In this document: positions 14,343 to 24,948 of the stretch, in pieces
Layout: the number at the start of each line of letters is the position of its first letter
Numbering within the stretch: position 1 is the first letter of the stretch
DNA from: an uncultured Acidobacteriota bacterium
GTDB lineage: Bacteria; Acidobacteriota; Thermoanaerobaculia; Multivoradales; UBA5704
DNA: 64,000 nucleotides
Direction: 5' to 3'
Assembly (NCBI GenBank): GCA_963770895.1
Contig: CAVYRF010000002.1
Coordinates: 32,001 to 96,000 of the forward strand
Translations under genes and position numbers: made by a program
Notes under the pieces: generated by a model
What the model was told of the DNA's origin: nothing
The model's input: the letters and a program-made list of their open reading frames with translations, nothing else
Databases searched by the model: none

Positions 14343-15943
14343 CGATCGCTCCCGACAGCTTGCAAACCGTCTTCGATCGCACCTTCGCAGGCATCAAAGA
14401 GGCCCGCGACGCCTTCACCCCACAACTGACGACGCACGAGATCGGCACGCTCGCGAGCGTCGCCACCGGTATCGCGCGGGTCTCGGGCCTGCCCGGAATC
14501 GGCTATGAGGAGCTGGTGGAATTTCCCGGCGGCGCCTTGGGCATCGCGTTCAACGTGGACCGGGACGACATCGGCGTCGTGCTGCTTGGCGACTACTCCC
14601 AGCTGCACGCGGGCGACCAGGTCGAGCGCACCCACCGGGTGATGGACGTGGCCGTGGGCGACGGACTGCTCGGGCGGGTGGTCGATCCCCTGGGCAGGCC
14701 GCTCGACGGCGGCGGGCCGCCTGCCACCAGCCGCCGGCTGCCGATCGAACGCCCCGCCGCGCCGATCATGGATCGCGCGCCGGTAGCGGTGCCGCTGCAG
14801 ACCGGGCTGAAAGTCGTGGATGCGCTCATTCCCATCGGACGCGGCCAGCGCGAGCTGATTCTGGGCGATCGGCGGACGGGCAAGACGGCGATCGCGATCG
14901 ACACCATCATCAATCAGAAGGGCCGCAACGTGGTGTGCGTATATTGCGCCATCGGCCAGCGAGCCTCCGCCGTGGCCAAGGTGGTGGCCGACATGCGGGA
15001 ACACGGCGCGATGGACTACACCGTCGTGGTCGTGGCCGAGGGCAACGACCCGCCCGGCCTCTCCTATATCGCTCCTTACGCCGCGACAAGCATGGCGGAG
15101 CACTTCATGGAGACCGGCCGCGACGTGCTGATCGTGTACGACGATCTCACGCAGCACGCACGCTCCTATCGCGAGCTGTCGCTGCTGCTGCGGCGCCCGC
15201 CGGGACGCGAAGCCTTTCCCGGCGACATTTTCTACATCCATTCGCGCCTGCTGGAGCGCGCCACCCACCTGCGCGCCGAGCTCGGCGGCGGCTCGCTCAC
15301 CGCCCTGCCCATCGTCGAAACCGAGGCGCAGGACATCTCCGCCTACATCCCGACCAACCTGATCTCCATCACCGACGGACAGGTCTACCTGTCGCCGTCG
15401 CTGTTCGAGCTGGGGGTGCTGCCCGCGGTCGAAGTCGGCAAGTCCGTCTCGCGCGTCGGCGGCCAGGCGCAGCTGGCGGCCTACCGGTCGGTAGCGGGCG
15501 CCCTCAAGCTCGGCTACGCGCAGTTCGAGGAGCTCGAAAGCTTCGCCAGGTTCGGCGCCAGCCTGGATGCGGACACCCGCAAGGTCATCGAGCACGGGCA
15601 GCGCATCCGCGCCTGCCTCAAGCAGGCTGAATTCGCACCGGTTTCGGTGGCGGCGCAGATCGCGATCCTGCTCGCGTTGACCGGCGGCCTCTTCGACGCC
15701 GTGCCCCTCGACCGGATGCCGGAGGCCGAGCGCGCCGTGCTGGACGCGGCGGCCGGCATTCCGGCGGCGGTTGCCGAGCGCTTCCAGACCGCCGCGACCC
15801 TGAACGACGAGGATCGCAGGACGATCGTCGAGATCGCGCGCGGCACGCTCGCCGCCTTCCTGGCCAAGCCGGCGGCAAAGGCCGCGGCCCAGGTGGAAAA
15901 GGAGAAGGCGCCGGCTCCCCCAAAGGCAGCCGGCAGGCCATGA
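14339..15943 (+). CDS. atpA: N-ATPase alpha subunit
   Basis: [38 protein letters not shown]. Confidence 0.96.
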   Translation: MTIAPDSLQTVFDRTFAGIKEARDAFTPQLTTHEIGTLASVATGIARVSGLPGIGYEELVEFPGGALGIAFNVDRDDIGVVLLGDYSQLHAGDQVERTHRVMDVAVGDGLLGRVVDPLGRPLDGGGPPATSRRLPIERPAAPIMDRAPVAVPLQTGLKVVDALIPIGRGQRELILGDRRTGKTAIAIDTIINQKGRNVVCVYCAIGQRASAVAKVVADMREHGAMDYTVVVVAEGNDPPGLSYIAPYAATSMAEHFMETGRDVLIVYDDLTQHARSYRELSLLLRRPPGREAFPGDIFYIHSRLLERATHLRAELGGGSLTALPIVETEAQDISAYIPTNLISITDGQVYLSPSLFELGVLPAVEVGKSVSRVGGQAQLAAYRSVAGALKLGYAQFEELESFARFGASLDADTRKVIEHGQRIRACLKQAEFAPVSVAAQIAILLALTGGLFDAVPLDRMPEAERAVLDAAAGIPAAVAERFQTAATLNDEDRRTIVEIARGTLAAFLAKPAAKAAAQVEKEKAPAPPKAAGRP

Positions 15944-16842
15944 GCGACAGCACCCAGGGCCTGCGCCGCCAGATCGGCAGCGCCATGGACCTCCAATCCG
16001 TCGTCCGTACGATGAAGAGCCTGGCGGCCTCGAAGATCGGGCAATACCAGGCGGCCGTGCGCGCCTTGGCCGACTACTACCGAACCGTCGAGCTGGGGTT
16101 GGGCGTGTGCTGTCGCCAGAACATGCCCGCGTCGCCGACGGGGACACGCCCGGAGCGAGGCGATCCGGCCCGCGTCGGCGCCGTCGTATTCGGCTCCGAC
16201 CAGGGGCTGGTGGGCCGGTTCAACGACGTGGTGGCCGACTTCGCGCTCGAGCGTCTGGCGGCCCTTCCCGGCGGATCCCAGATCTGGGCGGTCGGCGAGC
16301 GCGTCCACGCACGGCTGGCTGACGCAGGTCTGCCGCCGGCCGGACGCTTCGCCGTGCCGACCGGCGTCAAGGCCATCACGTCGCTCGTCGGGCAGATCCA
16401 GGTTGCAAGCGAGGCCCATCGCGCCCAGGGCGAGGTTGCACAGCTGTGGGTATTTCACAACCGGCCGCTGGCGGGAGCGCTGTACGAGCCGAGCGGGCAA
16501 CGTCTGCTGCCGCTCGACGACGCCTGGCGGCAAGCCCGTGCCGCAGTCCCATGGCCCGGCAGGAGCCGTCCCGAGGTGCTGGGGCCCGGCGCCGAAACCT
16601 TTGGCGCACTTGTACGCGAATATCTGTTCATTTCGCTCTTTCGAGCGTGCGCCGAATCCCTCGCCAGCGAAAACGCCAGCCGCCTGGCCGCGATGCAACG
16701 CGCCGACCAGAACATCGACGAGTTGCTGGAGGGCCTCCATGGCACCTTTCGCCGGCTGCGTCAAAGCGGCATCGATGAAGAGCTGTTCGACGTGATCTCG
16801 GGTTTCGAGGCGCTCTCGGCCGCAAGCGCGACCACCGCTTGA
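15940..16842 (+). CDS. atpG: N-ATPase gamma subunit
   Basis: [34 protein letters not shown]. Confidence 0.94.
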   Translation: MSDSTQGLRRQIGSAMDLQSVVRTMKSLAASKIGQYQAAVRALADYYRTVELGLGVCCRQNMPASPTGTRPERGDPARVGAVVFGSDQGLVGRFNDVVADFALERLAALPGGSQIWAVGERVHARLADAGLPPAGRFAVPTGVKAITSLVGQIQVASEAHRAQGEVAQLWVFHNRPLAGALYEPSGQRLLPLDDAWRQARAAVPWPGRSRPEVLGPGAETFGALVREYLFISLFRACAESLASENASRLAAMQRADQNIDELLEGLHGTFRRLRQSGIDEELFDVISGFEALSAASATTA

Positions 16843-17089
16843 TCCAATCTCGCTCCGGCCTCGTAGAGGAGGAGAAGGACGACGGCGGCGGTCTGCCAAA
16901 ACCGCTTCTTGCCCGCTGTAGGGTCCCTTGCTAAACTGCCCGAGGCAAAGCCACCTGACGATCTGATGGCGGCTCTCCGTGAGCCGTAGGACGTCCCGAG
17001 AAGCCATTGTGCGACCGTGGCAGCTCTGGATGTCGTGGACCAGGTCGCTGGGGGCTTATCGAATGATCGTTCAGGAGCTTTCGGCCGGA

Positions 17090-19492
17090 ATGGCGAAAGC
17101 CTGGCGTTCCGTGGGCCTTGGGGCTCTCCTCCCCGCTCTCCTCGCAGCAGTCTTCCTGGTCCTCCTCCCTGCCGCCGGCCTGGCCCAAGAGGCGAGCATC
17201 GCCGGCCGCGTCATCGATCCTGACGGTCGGGGCGTCCCGGCCGCCGTGGTGAGCCTTGTCGACGCCGGGGGGAAGCAGGCGGCACACGCCGCGACCGGCA
17301 ATGACGGACGCTTTGCACTCAAAGGCCTCCGCCCGGGCCCCTACACCTTGAACGTCAACCTTTCGGGATTCGAGCCTGTCGCCCAGACGCTAAGCCTCCA
17401 GGGCGCCATCACCCTTGAGATCCCGCTGCGGCTCGCCTCCTTCAATGAGACCGTGGTCGTGACCTCTCGACAGGACAGCCTTTTGGGGGTCGCCGAGTCG
17501 GCGGGGCAAGGAGTGACCGGCGCAGCGGACCTGGCCGATCGCCCGATCCTCAGGAGCGGCGAGATCCTCGAGACGGTTCCCGGGGTCATCATCACGCAGC
17601 ATGCCGGGGGCGGCAAGGCCAACCAATACTTCCTGCGGGGCTTCAACCTCGACCACGGCACGGATATCGCGGTCTTCCTCGACGACATGCCCCTGAACCT
17701 CCCGTCCCACGCTCACGGCGAGGGCTATTCCGATATGAACGTGGTCATCCCCGAGCTCGTCGAGACCGTGAACTACGACAAGGGTCCCTACGCAGCCGAC
17801 GTGGGCAACTTCGGCTCGGCAGCAAGCGCTCACCTCCAGTTCTTCAAGACCCTGCCCGCGGACTTCGTGACCGTGGAAGGGGGGATGTACACATTCGGCA
17901 GGATCGTCGGCGGTGCGTCGCGCGCCGTGGGCGACGGCAGCCTGCTCGTCGGTGGCGAGGCCTACTATGACGACGGACCCTGGACTCACCCGGATGGCTA
18001 TGGGAAGTTCAACGGCCTGGTCACCTACAGCCAGGGGGATGGCCAGGATGGATTCAGCCTCACCGCGCGCGGCTACCATGGCAAGTGGAGCTCCAGCGAC
18101 CAGATCCCCGAAAGCTTCGGCGCCGACCATTTCTTCGGCACCGTGAACCCGACGGACGGCGGGAACTCCGACCGCTTCAGCCTGCAGGGAGAGTGGCACC
18201 ATGCGAACGCCGACTCCGCGACGAGCATCATGCTCTACGGCTTCCGCTACGATCTCGACCTGTTCTCGGATTTCACCTACTACCTGACCGACCCCCAACG
18301 CGGCGACCAGTTCGAGCAGCAGGACGGCCGCTGGGTGGGCGGACTCGACGCCCACCACACGCTGTTCAGCGAATGGTGGGGCCGGCCGGTGGAAAATACG
18401 ATCGGCGTGCAAGTCCGCAACGATTGGATCGACAACGGGCTCTACCAGACCGAAGACCGGGTCCGCGTGAACAAGCTGGACGCCGCGACCGGCACGATCC
18501 TGCCCGCGACAACCGAAGCGGACGACTTCACCGACCTGCAGGCCGGGATCTACGCCGAAAACCAGATCCAATGGTTCGACAAGCTCCGCACGGTCGCCGC
18601 CCTCCGCGGGGACGTCGACTTCTTTGACGTCACCTCGCTCGTCAACCCTGCAAACTCGGGCACCTCGACGACGGTTCTCCCCAGCCCGAAGCTGAAGGTG
18701 GTCCTCGGCCCCTGGAGCCAGACCGAGGTCTACCTCGATGGGGGTTTCAGCTTCCACAGCAACGACGGCCGAGGCGCGACCCAGACCGTCGAGCCCGTCT
18801 CGGCCGACAATCCGTATCCCGGCACCCCCTCCGCCAAGATCCCCGGGCTCATCCAGACGAAGGGCGCGGAAGTGGGAGTCCGGACCCTCGCCGTTTCCCA
18901 CCTCCAGTCCACCGTGACCCTCTGGTACCTCCACAGCGACTCCGAGCTCGAACAGGACGGGGACACCGGCGGCACCGTGGCCTCGAAGGAGCCCAGCAAC
19001 CGCTACGGAGTCGAGTGGGCGAACTACCTCTCCCTGAGCCGCCACGTCGCCCTCGATCTCGACCTCGCCGATTCGACCGCCCGCTTCACCGCCGTCGACG
19101 CCGCCGACGCCGCGCCCGGAAGCCCTGGGGGCACGCGGGTGCCCGAGGCCGTGGGCGTGGTCGTCTCCTCGGGTCTCACCCTCCACAATCTCGGGCGCTT
19201 CTCCGGCAGCCTCAGGCTCCGCTACTTCGGACCGCGCGACCTGACCTCGGACGGAATCTATCGCTCACCGCAAACCCTCCTGCTGAACGCCGGCATCGCC
19301 GCGGACCTCAGTCCCCGCTGGGCCGTCAAGGTAGAAGTCCTCAATCTGCTCAACCGGCGAGATCACGACATCGACTACGCCTACCTCTCCCAGGTCTCGC
19401 CCACCTCGCCAGCAACCTTCCAGGACGTCTTCCATCCCGAGGAGCCCCTGCAACTACGGGTGTCCCTGACAGCCCGCTTCCCTCACGGCTGA
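17090..19492 (+). CDS. TonB-dependent receptor with N-terminal carboxypeptidase-regulatory-like domain
   Basis: Signal peptide; plug motif ETVPGVIITQHAGGGKANQYFLRGFNLDHGTD; barrel-like C-terminus; start uncertain (17063 or 17090). Confidence 0.9.
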   Translation: MAKAWRSVGLGALLPALLAAVFLVLLPAAGLAQEASIAGRVIDPDGRGVPAAVVSLVDAGGKQAAHAATGNDGRFALKGLRPGPYTLNVNLSGFEPVAQTLSLQGAITLEIPLRLASFNETVVVTSRQDSLLGVAESAGQGVTGAADLADRPILRSGEILETVPGVIITQHAGGGKANQYFLRGFNLDHGTDIAVFLDDMPLNLPSHAHGEGYSDMNVVIPELVETVNYDKGPYAADVGNFGSAASAHLQFFKTLPADFVTVEGGMYTFGRIVGGASRAVGDGSLLVGGEAYYDDGPWTHPDGYGKFNGLVTYSQGDGQDGFSLTARGYHGKWSSSDQIPESFGADHFFGTVNPTDGGNSDRFSLQGEWHHANADSATSIMLYGFRYDLDLFSDFTYYLTDPQRGDQFEQQDGRWVGGLDAHHTLFSEWWGRPVENTIGVQVRNDWIDNGLYQTEDRVRVNKLDAATGTILPATTEADDFTDLQAGIYAENQIQWFDKLRTVAALRGDVDFFDVTSLVNPANSGTSTTVLPSPKLKVVLGPWSQTEVYLDGGFSFHSNDGRGATQTVEPVSADNPYPGTPSAKIPGLIQTKGAEVGVRTLAVSHLQSTVTLWYLHSDSELEQDGDTGGTVASKEPSNRYGVEWANYLSLSRHVALDLDLADSTARFTAVDAADAAPGSPGGTRVPEAVGVVVSSGLTLHNLGRFSGSLRLRYFGPRDLTSDGIYRSPQTLLLNAGIAADLSPRWAVKVEVLNLLNRRDHDIDYAYLSQVSPTSPATFQDVFHPEEPLQLRVSLTARFPHG

Positions 19493-19525
19493 ACAAGATC
19501 CGGCGGATGGTGTCTACAGGGCTGC

Positions 19526-21406
19526 ATGCACTACGAAGACTTCGTCCTGCAGCTCGAGGCAAGCTCGCGCGGCGGCTACTCGGCGCGAGTGCTCAAGTCG
19601 CCTTTCGGCGAGGGCGCCACCAGCTTCGTGCTGCCCGCGATTGCCCAGACAGGCCTGGCAGGCGGCATCAGGTTGCGCGCACCGGAGGACGATCCCTCCC
19701 CGCCGGCGGCCGACCCGAGAAGGGTCGAACCGTCGCCGACCGAGATCGGTACCGAGCTCTATCGTGCCGTCTTCCAGGGGCCGGTGCGGTCGCTGCTCGA
19801 CAAGAGCCGCGGCCAGCTCGAGCGGTCGCCGCAATCCGGCCTGCGCCTCAAGATCAAGCTCGACCTGGGCGACCCCGATACGGCGGCGCTCGCCGATCTG
19901 CCCTGGGAGCTGCTCTGCGACAGCGAGACCGAGGACTTCTTCGCGCTGTCGCGGCAGACGTCGCTGGTGCGGTACCTGGACGTGCCGCGGATGTCGCAGC
20001 CGATCCCCTTCACGCCCCCCCTGCGCATCCTGGCGGTCAGCGCCAGCCCCGATTCGATGCCGCCGCTCGACCTGGCCGAGGAGGCGCGTCGCCTCGAAGC
20101 GCTGCGCCAGAGCGGCCTGCCGATCGAGGTGAAGCACCTGGTCAACGCGTCCGCCGGGGCCATGCGCGAAGCGCTGGTGAGCGGAACCTGGCACGTGATG
20201 CACTTCATGGGCCACGGCCACTTCGATCGGGCGACGGGCGAGGGCATGCTGGCTTTCGAGCGAGCGGACGGCCGCGGCGATCTGGTGAGCGGCAGGGCTT
20301 TTGCCACCAAGCTCAAGGATCTCAGCTCGCTTGGCGTGGTGGTGCTCAACGCCTGCAACACGGCGCGCGCCGGCCGCCAGGGCGAAGTGAACCCCTTTCA
20401 CGGCGTTGCCACGGCGCTGGTTCTGGGCGGCGTGCGCGCCGTCGTCGCCATGCAGCGGCCGATCCCCGACCGCGCCGCGATCGCCTTCAGCACCGCCTTC
20501 TACCGCCACCTGGCGCGCGGCGATTCGATCGACGAGGCGCTGATCGAGGGGCGTCAGGCCATCCATTCCGCCGCGCCGGAAACCTTCGCCTGGGCGATAC
20601 CGGTCCTCTTTCTGCGCACCCCGGAAGGCAACGTCTTCACAGCGCAGCCCAACGCCGCGGTCCCGCCCCAGCCGACGGCGGCCGAGCCGGCGCGGCCTGG
20701 CGGTTCTCCGGCGCCCGGCGTGCGCGGCAAGCTGCTCCGGATCGGCGCCGGCGCCGGCGTCGCGGGGCTGATCGCGTACGGTATCTCTGCGGGGATCGGG
20801 CGGTCGCCCCAGGCACCTGCCCCCGATCTGAAAGCCAACGCCATCACTCTGCCACCGGTTCCGGCAGCGGGACCGACCAACCCTACCCACCAGGACCCTG
20901 CGCCGCCAAAGACATCTGCCAGGGCGCATTCGCAGAGCGTCGATCGGGACGGCCAGTCTCCCTCGACGGGCGCGGCGTCCACCAAGCCCGGCGGCGATGA
21001 CTCGAACGCGCCGGCTCCGGCGCCAACCCCGGCCCCGACACCCGCCGACCTGTCGAATCTTTCGGCACAGGCGATTGCGATCTCTCCCCGGGCCAACGGC
21101 GGTCTGAGCGTGACCGCCAGCTTCAGGAACAGCGGCAGTGCACCGCTGTCGCTGACCCTGGACCTGAGGAACGCTCAGCTGTCGGACGATCAGGGCGAAA
21201 CCTACCTTGCCGTGCACACCACCCTTCCCCTTGCCGCCGGCAACCCACGCCTCGATCTCGCGCCCGGCGCCTCCAAGAACGCCCAGTTCGACTTTCCTAA
21301 ATACAGGCCCGGCAGCAAGACGTTCGGGCTCTCCCTCGTCACGACGGACAAGGATCCGATTTTCGTCAGCGGCAAGCTACCCCTGCCCCTTGAGAACCCG
21401 CCTTAG
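19526..21406 (+). CDS. CHAT (caspase-HetF) domain protein with TM segment and C-terminal beta-rich domain
   Basis: LPWELL, HFMGHG, VLNAC, AVVAMQ; hydrophobic GAGAGVAGLIAYGI; Pro-rich linker. Confidence 0.88.
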   Translation: MHYEDFVLQLEASSRGGYSARVLKSPFGEGATSFVLPAIAQTGLAGGIRLRAPEDDPSPPAADPRRVEPSPTEIGTELYRAVFQGPVRSLLDKSRGQLERSPQSGLRLKIKLDLGDPDTAALADLPWELLCDSETEDFFALSRQTSLVRYLDVPRMSQPIPFTPPLRILAVSASPDSMPPLDLAEEARRLEALRQSGLPIEVKHLVNASAGAMREALVSGTWHVMHFMGHGHFDRATGEGMLAFERADGRGDLVSGRAFATKLKDLSSLGVVVLNACNTARAGRQGEVNPFHGVATALVLGGVRAVVAMQRPIPDRAAIAFSTAFYRHLARGDSIDEALIEGRQAIHSAAPETFAWAIPVLFLRTPEGNVFTAQPNAAVPPQPTAAEPARPGGSPAPGVRGKLLRIGAGAGVAGLIAYGISAGIGRSPQAPAPDLKANAITLPPVPAAGPTNPTHQDPAPPKTSARAHSQSVDRDGQSPSTGAASTKPGGDDSNAPAPAPTPAPTPADLSNLSAQAIAISPRANGGLSVTASFRNSGSAPLSLTLDLRNAQLSDDQGETYLAVHTTLPLAAGNPRLDLAPGASKNAQFDFPKYRPGSKTFGLSLVTTDKDPIFVSGKLPLPLENPP

Positions 21407-21536
21407 GGACCAGAAGGATGGCACCCTTTCTTTTGCATGGGCGCAACCGATGGAGCAGGCGCAGATCGCTGCAAAGCGCGCCGGGTGGCGTCGCCAGCCA
21501 CCCGAGCGGCCTTAGGGCTGGTGCTGCAGCGACGGC

Positions 21537-22832
21537 TCAGTGGTCGGGGCTCGCCTCCGCCGCGAGGCACTCGGGCCTTTCCGGCGTCGGTGCCGCTTTC
21601 GAATCGACCTCGACGCGGTCGCCCACGTTGATCTCCAGGGCCTTTTCGGCCACATGCGCCACTGAAAAGTTTGCGTCGGTCTTGTAGACCGTGATCGTGC
21701 CGTTTCCGCGCGTGTCTTCACCGATGATGGTATGCGTTTCCGGGTCGACGACCTTCCTGATGACGGACTTCACGCGCAGCATGGCGCCCACGGTCATCCC
21801 CCCCTGGCTGCCGCTGTTCACATAGTAGTCCGGAGGGAATTTTGCAACGATGCTCCCATTCCACTGTCGAGACTTGAGATATTTGGCGATCTCGTAGGCG
21901 GCCTTGTTGGTGCACGCCGCGACCGCATAATTGACCGGCAGCTTGCCTGAGGTTGCGCTGCCGCCTGTACCCCCCAGATCGACGTGCGACTCGCCCAGCC
22001 GCGCCCGCTGCGCCGTCGTATAGAGCACCTGGCCGCTGCCGACGTCGGCCAGGGTGAAGGTGATGGCAACCTCGGCGGTGCTCTTGCCCATCGTGGGCTG
22101 CCCCAGCAGGTTGGCGCCCGGAATGTGGCTCAGCAGACCCTGCCCGCCCGTCGAGCTGCTGGTGCGGTCCGGCGTCCACTCGTTGACCGTGGCGTAGACC
22201 AGGTACTGCACCCCCAGCACCCTGCCGGCGTTCTGCTCCGGCGTCGGCGGCGGCGAGTGGAGTGCGGCGGCGCCCTTGCGCGTCTGGCGCTTGCTCTCCT
22301 CGGTTTTGACCGGGGTCGGTTCCTCCGACGGAGGGAGCGCCACCGTGTCGGTGCGGGTCTGCTGCCGCTTGATTTCGTCGACTCGTTGCTGCTCGATGAC
22401 GTCGAAGCGCCGGGTGTTGTAGAGCGCTGCCGTCAGCATCTCCTGGATGCCCGCCGCCGGCACTGCCAGCCGTTCCTTGCCATCAGCGCTATCGGCCTCG
22501 GCCGCCTTGTTGACCACCGAGAGGACGCCGAGCCGGATGCGCGGTCCCGGATTGTAGGTGAACTGCAGCCCCAACCAATCCTCGTCGTGCTCCGAGTTGA
22601 GCGTGTTGCGCACCGGTGCCAACGTCCCATCCGGGCCCTTGAAGTAGGCGATCCAGGAGCTGTCACTGATGCAGCTCTTGACGATCTCCGGGTCCAGCTT
22701 CTTGGGGCCTTGAGCGTCCTTTTTATCGTCGTGTTGATTGCCGCCGCCGGGCCAGCCATAAGCAGGCAGACCGTTGGCGAGCAGCAGCCAGACGAGCGAG
22801 CACCCTGCAACCAAACGCCACCGTTCCCTCAT
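21537..22832 (-). CDS. CsgG/HfaB-family exported protein with FlgT-like C-terminal domain
   Basis: Signal peptide after a GGAGG RBS; EMLTAALYNTRRFDVIE, GRVLGVQYLV, YVNSGSQGGMTVG. Confidence 0.8.
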   Translation of the reverse strand: MRERWRLVAGCSLVWLLLANGLPAYGWPGGGNQHDDKKDAQGPKKLDPEIVKSCISDSSWIAYFKGPDGTLAPVRNTLNSEHDEDWLGLQFTYNPGPRIRLGVLSVVNKAAEADSADGKERLAVPAAGIQEMLTAALYNTRRFDVIEQQRVDEIKRQQTRTDTVALPPSEEPTPVKTEESKRQTRKGAAALHSPPPTPEQNAGRVLGVQYLVYATVNEWTPDRTSSSTGGQGLLSHIPGANLLGQPTMGKSTAEVAITFTLADVGSGQVLYTTAQRARLGESHVDLGGTGGSATSGKLPVNYAVAACTNKAAYEIAKYLKSRQWNGSIVAKFPPDYYVNSGSQGGMTVGAMLRVKSVIRKVVDPETHTIIGEDTRGNGTITVYKTDANFSVAHVAEKALEINVGDRVEVDSKAAPTPERPECLAAEASPDH

Positions 22833-23029
22833 ATCCTTCCTCCTCCAGAGAGCCTCCTGGCGCGCCGCGCCGCGGTCCGGTGCCGCAGACGCTGCCGGTA
22901 GCCAGGCGACCGACGTCCCGCGGAAGAGACACGGTGAAAGTGGGATTGTTGAGGGCACCGCGGCGGATCGTTGCCCATCCATCGCCCGCCGCGCAGGCCG
23001 CTGCCGCAGGTGGCGGGACTCAGCCTCGC

Positions 23030-23950
23030 TCATGCACATGCGGCACCGATCGGGTCTTCGAATTCGCCGTGGTGCCGCAGCAGGCGGTCCGTCAGGGTGC
23101 GGGCCAGCTCTTCGAACGGCTGCGCCGCCAGGGGGCAGAGGCTGTGTGCGCGCTCCAGCCATACGCTTTCGGCGTCTCCGGCCAGCCGCGCCTCGATCTC
23201 GGCGCAGCTCAGGGCGATGCGCGCCGCCACCGTCGGGGCCAGCACGGAATCGAGCAGCTTCCAGGCACGCTCCAGATTGCGCCGCGCCGGCAGCAGGTCG
23301 TTGGTTGTAAGCAGGATGAAGCCGATCTCGGCCAGGCAGGCCGCGGTGGGCAGCGTCGCTCCGGCGTGCGCAAACGCGAAGGCCGCCTGCCGGTAGTGCG
23401 CCACGGCCTCGTCCCACGCGCCCACCTGCTGGTCGACCTGCGCCCAGCCGGCGGCGGCCAGCGCCTTTTCCTCGCTGGGCTCCTCGGGGTCGTCCAGGAA
23501 CGCGACGATCTCCGCAAACGACTGCACCGCGCCCGCCAGGTCGCCGCGATGGAGGCGGGCCTTGCCCAGCAGCCAGTGCGCCAGCGCCCCCGCCCGCCCG
23601 ACGCGGCCCCGCGGGTCGCGCGGCAGGCAGGCGGCCAGGACCGTCGCGGCTTCGGCCTCCTGTTCGCCCACCTCGCGGCCCCGTGGCTGCAGCAGCGCGC
23701 TTTCGGCTTCCAGGTTGAACAGAGTCAGCAGGGTCCGGCGATGGAATCGCGCTTCGTGCCGTACCGCCTGCAGGCGGTCCACCCGCGGCATGGCCATCAG
23801 CTCCTTGGCCAGTACCGCGGCCTCCTGAGCCCTGGCCATCAGATCGGCCATTGGGGACGCGCCCCCACGGTCGCGCCCCGCGGCGAGGAAGGGGTATCGC
23901 GGCGTCGCGCCGGGGAAGTCGCTGCGCTCGGAACTGCGATTTCGTGCCAT
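23030..23950 (-). CDS. TPR-like helical repeat protein, possibly C-terminally truncated
   Basis: ALAHWLLGKARLHRGDLAGAVQSF, WDEAVAHYRQA. Confidence 0.6.
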   Translation of the reverse strand: MARNRSSERSDFPGATPRYPFLAAGRDRGGASPMADLMARAQEAAVLAKELMAMPRVDRLQAVRHEARFHRRTLLTLFNLEAESALLQPRGREVGEQEAEAATVLAACLPRDPRGRVGRAGALAHWLLGKARLHRGDLAGAVQSFAEIVAFLDDPEEPSEEKALAAAGWAQVDQQVGAWDEAVAHYRQAAFAFAHAGATLPTAACLAEIGFILLTTNDLLPARRNLERAWKLLDSVLAPTVAARIALSCAEIEARLAGDAESVWLERAHSLCPLAAQPFEELARTLTDRLLRHHGEFEDPIGAACA

Positions 23951-24021
23951 GGCAATGTCCCCACAGGAGAAGAGGGGGTCGGAGATGGCCAGGCAGCGGC
24001 CGGCTCGCGGCCTCCGTACCT

Positions 24022-24435
24022 TCAAGACACATCGGAGGTGTCCAGTGGGGGTGTGTTGCAGGGATCGGCGGCCGCAGCGACCCGGCGCATCGACACCTCG
24101 ACCTCCGCATCCTGCGCAAGCTGGAGCTGCCACCACGCCTCCCCTGCCAGGCGCGCACCAGCGTCGCCCGCCCGCGCATCCGCGGAAAAACTCAACAGCT
24201 GGTGCTCCGCGAACGCCGCAGCCTCGCGCACGATCACCAGGGCCAGCTGGGCGAGCCGGCCGGCCGCCGCCGGATCCTCGCGCGCCTCGCCGCCACTCTT
24301 GACCTGGAGCAGGCGGCAGAGTCCCCAGGTGTGGAATGTCTCATCCACCGCGGCGGCCCGCAGCTGCTCGTCGAAGGAGAGCGGCGCCAGCCGCCCCCAC
24401 AGGTCGGGCGCCGCCGGCCCACTCGGTCGCGGCAT
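24022..24435 (-). pseudogene. N-terminal fragment of a helical/TPR-like protein
   Basis: LWGRLAPLSFDEQ..FHTWGLCRLL..DPAAAGRLAQLALVI resembles the start of the adjacent gene, then degenerates. Confidence 0.5.
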
Positions 24436-24501
24436 GTGTCCACCGCTGAGAATGCCGTACCGAGCCAGCTGACAGGTGCTAATCAGATATGCAGAGGAAG
24501 G

Positions 24502-24660
24502 TTACTTTGCATCATTGCGCCCCAAGGACACAGCGGCAGCGTCCTTCTCGGGCGTCACCACCTGCAGCGTTATGGCGCCCGTCAGCATGGCGACGACCTG
24601 GAAGACCTGCTGGTTAGTGTCCCGAGGGAGCTTTGGGGGCCTGCTTGTGCGGTCTGGCAG
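24502..24660 (-). pseudogene. Truncated small basic protein of the PRDxNQ...AAVxLGR type
   Basis: LPDRTSRPPKLPRDTNQ..EKDAAAVSLGR then stop; no ATG; family recalled from memory. Confidence 0.45.
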
Positions 24661-24683
24661 GGGTAACGCCCCCGGTTTGGTAG

Positions 24684-24935
24684 CTAGAGGCCGAAGTACC
24701 CCTTGGCGCAATTCTCGATTCCAAAGAAGCGCGCCATCTTTATGGCGTGCTGGACTTCAATCTCGGGGTTTGCGCGAGTCTTCCCGTGCTTTCCCCTCGG
24801 CAGTCCACGGTAGGTTCTACCCTTTGCATCCAAGACCCATATCTTGTGCTCCTTCGATACCATCCGCGTTCCTGGCAAGCATTCGTCCAGCATTGCCTGG
24901 ATTTCCGAAAGCTTTACCTGGAACGTGGATCGCAT
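24684..24935 (-). CDS. HicA-like toxin
   Basis: 83 aa, basic; EHKIW..LPRGKHG..EIEVQHAIKMARFFGI fits the HicA pattern; follows a HicB-like gene. Confidence 0.55.
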   Translation of the reverse strand: MRSTFQVKLSEIQAMLDECLPGTRMVSKEHKIWVLDAKGRTYRGLPRGKHGKTRANPEIEVQHAIKMARFFGIENCAKGYFGL

Positions 24936-24948
24936 TCCAGAGCTTGTG

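Noticed and set aside
16870-16990. Cobalamin or c-di-GMP riboswitch before the TonB receptor
   Set aside because: Only short partial similarities; core conserved elements not found
19526-22832. CHAT and CsgG genes as one operon
   Set aside because: Convergent orientation; no sequence evidence of linkage
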